From the NCBI RefSeq assembly GCF_001194135.2, contig NC_068998.1, positions 15,282,085-15,334,452 on the forward strand: 52,368 nt of DNA. The letters run 5' to 3'. Positions 1 through 52,368 of the stretch are shown one piece after another. Both the position numbers and the translations under genes were made by a program. The notes under the pieces were generated by a model. That model saw nothing but the letters and a program-made list of their open reading frames with translations. It made no database searches and was not told where the DNA came from. How positions within the stretch are numbered: the stretch's first letter is position 1; the number at the start of each line of letters is the position of its first letter. Origin of the DNA: Octopus bimaculoides (taxonomy: Eukaryota).

Positions 1-205
1 TTGTTAACTAGACACAAGGTTTAGTTAACTACATACACAGTTCTGTTAACTAGACACAAGGTTTAGTTAACTACATACACAGTTCTGTTAACTAGACACA
101 AGGTTTAATTAACTACATACACGGTTCTGTTAACTAGACACAAGGTTTAGTTAACTACATACACAGTTCTGTTAACTAGACACAAGGTTTAGTTAACTAC
201 ATATA
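1..205. repeat. 42-bp tandem minisatellite, about 4.7 copies visible, runs off the window edge
   Basis: Unit tgttaactagacacaaggtttagttaactacatacacagttc; the motif gttaactagacac recurs at 3, 45, 87, 129 and 171. Confidence 0.95.
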
Positions 206-539
206 TAGTTCATTCAAGTGTATATTGTATCTGAAAATTTTGACAGGATGAATGTGGCTGCAAGGATAGTTATTTATGCTCAATGACAGCTCATGTGAAG
301 CCAAATACAAACAGCAACAACAATGCACTGGATTTTATTTAAAGGTTCAGAGCTTGTAAACATGTTCTTAGTATTTCAATACTTTATTCAATATGTCATG
401 TGTTACAAGCAGGGAAGATTAGCAGAGAAAAAAAAATTCAAAGCTGCCTCAACACAAAAACTATAAATATCAAAACTAACGGAAGACAACAACAACAGCA
501 GCAGCAACAATAACTGGGATCATTATACAAGAGGACAAT

Positions 540-1760
<1,221 letters not shown>

Positions 1761-3097
1761 ATCTCAATTCCGCACAGCCTACATAAGAAATATACTAAGT
1801 TCTTCTGACACTTCTAATATTATTCAAATATAAAAGGAATATAAAAAAAAAGACAATAAGTTACGAGATCGAGAGCCGAAAAAAAATCTCAGCTGTCTGT
1901 CAAAGACCTAACAATAAATAATAAAATGAACGAATAAATAAATAATATGAATAAATGTTGAAATGATTGCAACTCCATAACAAATCAACTTGAAAACAAT
2001 ACAAAACTCTAATCCTACAGTGAAACAATGCATTACAATGCATGATAGTTTTTTTTGTTTTGTTTTTGTAATAATCAATAATCAATATATTGTGTGTGTG
2101 TGTGTGAGTGTAAATATAGGTGCAGGCATGGCTGTGTGTGAGGAGCTTTCTTCCCAACCACATGCTTCCGGATTCAGTTCCACTGCATGTCTCCTCGGGC
2201 AAGAGCCTTCTCCTATACTTGTTGCCTTTCAGTTGTAAATTGCGAATAGCCACTTTAATAATTTCTACACACACACACACATTTATATACAATGGGTGTC
2301 ACTCAGTTTCTGTCAAGACACTTGCTCACGGTGCCATGCAGTGGGGCTGAATCAAGAACCATGTGGTTGAGAAGCAAGCTTCTTACCATACAGTTACCTA
2401 TACACCATGCATCCTAAAGCTCAGCATCTTGTGAGAACAAGTGGAATAAAAATAATAAAATCCCTTACTTGAAAAACAAGTAAGCATAAACAGCAGGAAG
2501 AACATTCAGTCATAAAATAGCATGTCACTAAGTCTCCATTCAAACTTAATGTCTGCTTGGAAAAGCGCTCGTATAAATAAAACAGAATTAGATTAAACGT
2601 GTGCATGAATGCATGGAGGCATACATGTGTAAAACCAGAACCAAATTTCCCTCATATAACACCTCAGTATCTTACTGGAAAAAAAAACACAAAAAGAATA
2701 CAATACATGAGATAATGTTGCCTTATATACCCATAAAAAGGACTGGAATGTTATTGGAACATGTCTGATCATAAATCTGGTCAATCAATAGGGGTTTAGC
2801 AGAAATAACAAAATATAATTCGTTTTTACACACATACACACACACTGAGACACACACATGTGCAAAAACAAACAAAAGCAAAAACAGAACGCAGCGTAAA
2901 TAACGGACAGAGTCAAGACTATTGAAAAGGTTGCAAGATGCAACGAAAATTTTAGGAAAATAAAAATAAGAAATAAGTGGAAATTTTACCGGTGAGTGTG
3001 TTAAATTTTAAGGCAAAATAAGAAAATGACTCTCCCCAGACACAACAGAATATAAGTAAATAACAAAAATATAAGTAAAAGAACAACAAAATATTAC

Positions 3098-51789
<48,692 letters not shown>

Positions 51790-52368
51790 CTAAGATAAAG
51801 AGAATATTAAAAATATTATCTCAAGTTAATGTATTTCATACAAACATATCTGGAAACTATTAACCTCATCTATTCACAATTCCTAATCCTTTAGCATTCA
51901 GATGAATTTCTCAAATGTAACGTTTATTCACATTGTTTTGAACTAATCATGTATTGTCTCATAGCTTTGGAATTTCAGTGATGTGATTGTTTACTTTTAG
52001 AATGATACTGTAGGCTCCAGCAGGGGATGGTGGCGAACCCTGCTGTACTCTTCCACCACAACTTTCTCTCACTCTTACTTCCTGTTTCTGTTGTGCCTGT
52101 AATTCAAAGGGCCAGCCTTGTCACACTCTGTGTCACGCTGAATATCCCCGAGAACTATGTTAAGGGTACACGTGTCTGTGGAGTGCTCAGCCACTTGCAC
52201 GTTAATTTCACGAGCAAGCTGTTCTGTTGATGGGATCAACTGAAACCCTCATCGTCATACAACCAACCATATATATACATATAAACATATAGACATATAT
52301 ATATACATATATATAGACATATATATATATATACATATGTAAAGACATATATGGACATATACATATAT

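Noticed and set aside
2430-2560. Candidate exon ending at a gtaagg donor (TLSLNGDLVTCYF...)
   Set aside because: Weak acceptor and no resemblance to the expected domain
2593-2675. Strong polypyrimidine acceptor (ttttttttttccag) downstream of exon N
   Set aside because: A phase-0 read starts with TAA; the alternative AG gives a Cys/Trp-rich peptide unlike a PTB continuation. Not supportable as the next exon without RNA data.

Overview
AT-rich, microsatellite- and SINE-dense animal DNA with many N gaps. The repeat families look like octopus or coleoid cephalopod DNA, which is an inference from recall, not a database result. The supplied ORF track is almost entirely artefact (microsatellites, N-gaps, decayed TEs). 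Reading splice sites on the minus strand shows one split gene spanning nearly the whole window: 14 GT-AG exons (51789 down to 3098, 1067 coding nt, about 356 codons) whose phases all join into one stop-free frame. The product has an N-terminal RUN domain, a degenerate PDZ domain, an acidic linker and probably the start of a PTB/PID domain. The first coding exon and the 3' exons are not identifiable in the window and presumably lie outside it. The introns hold RTE, CR1-like and R4/Dong-like LINE fragments, at least four tRNA-derived SINE families, Tc1 and mariner relics, piggyBac-type (TTAA) and Tc1-type (TA) MITEs, a Helitron, a small telomere-repeat-bearing inverted-repeat element, several long inverted repeats and strong RFX X-box motifs. 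I found no clear evidence of a new biological system. The best leads are the uncharacterised RUN-PDZ-(PTB) adaptor, its possible RFX/NF-Y control, and the dsRNA-forming intronic architecture.
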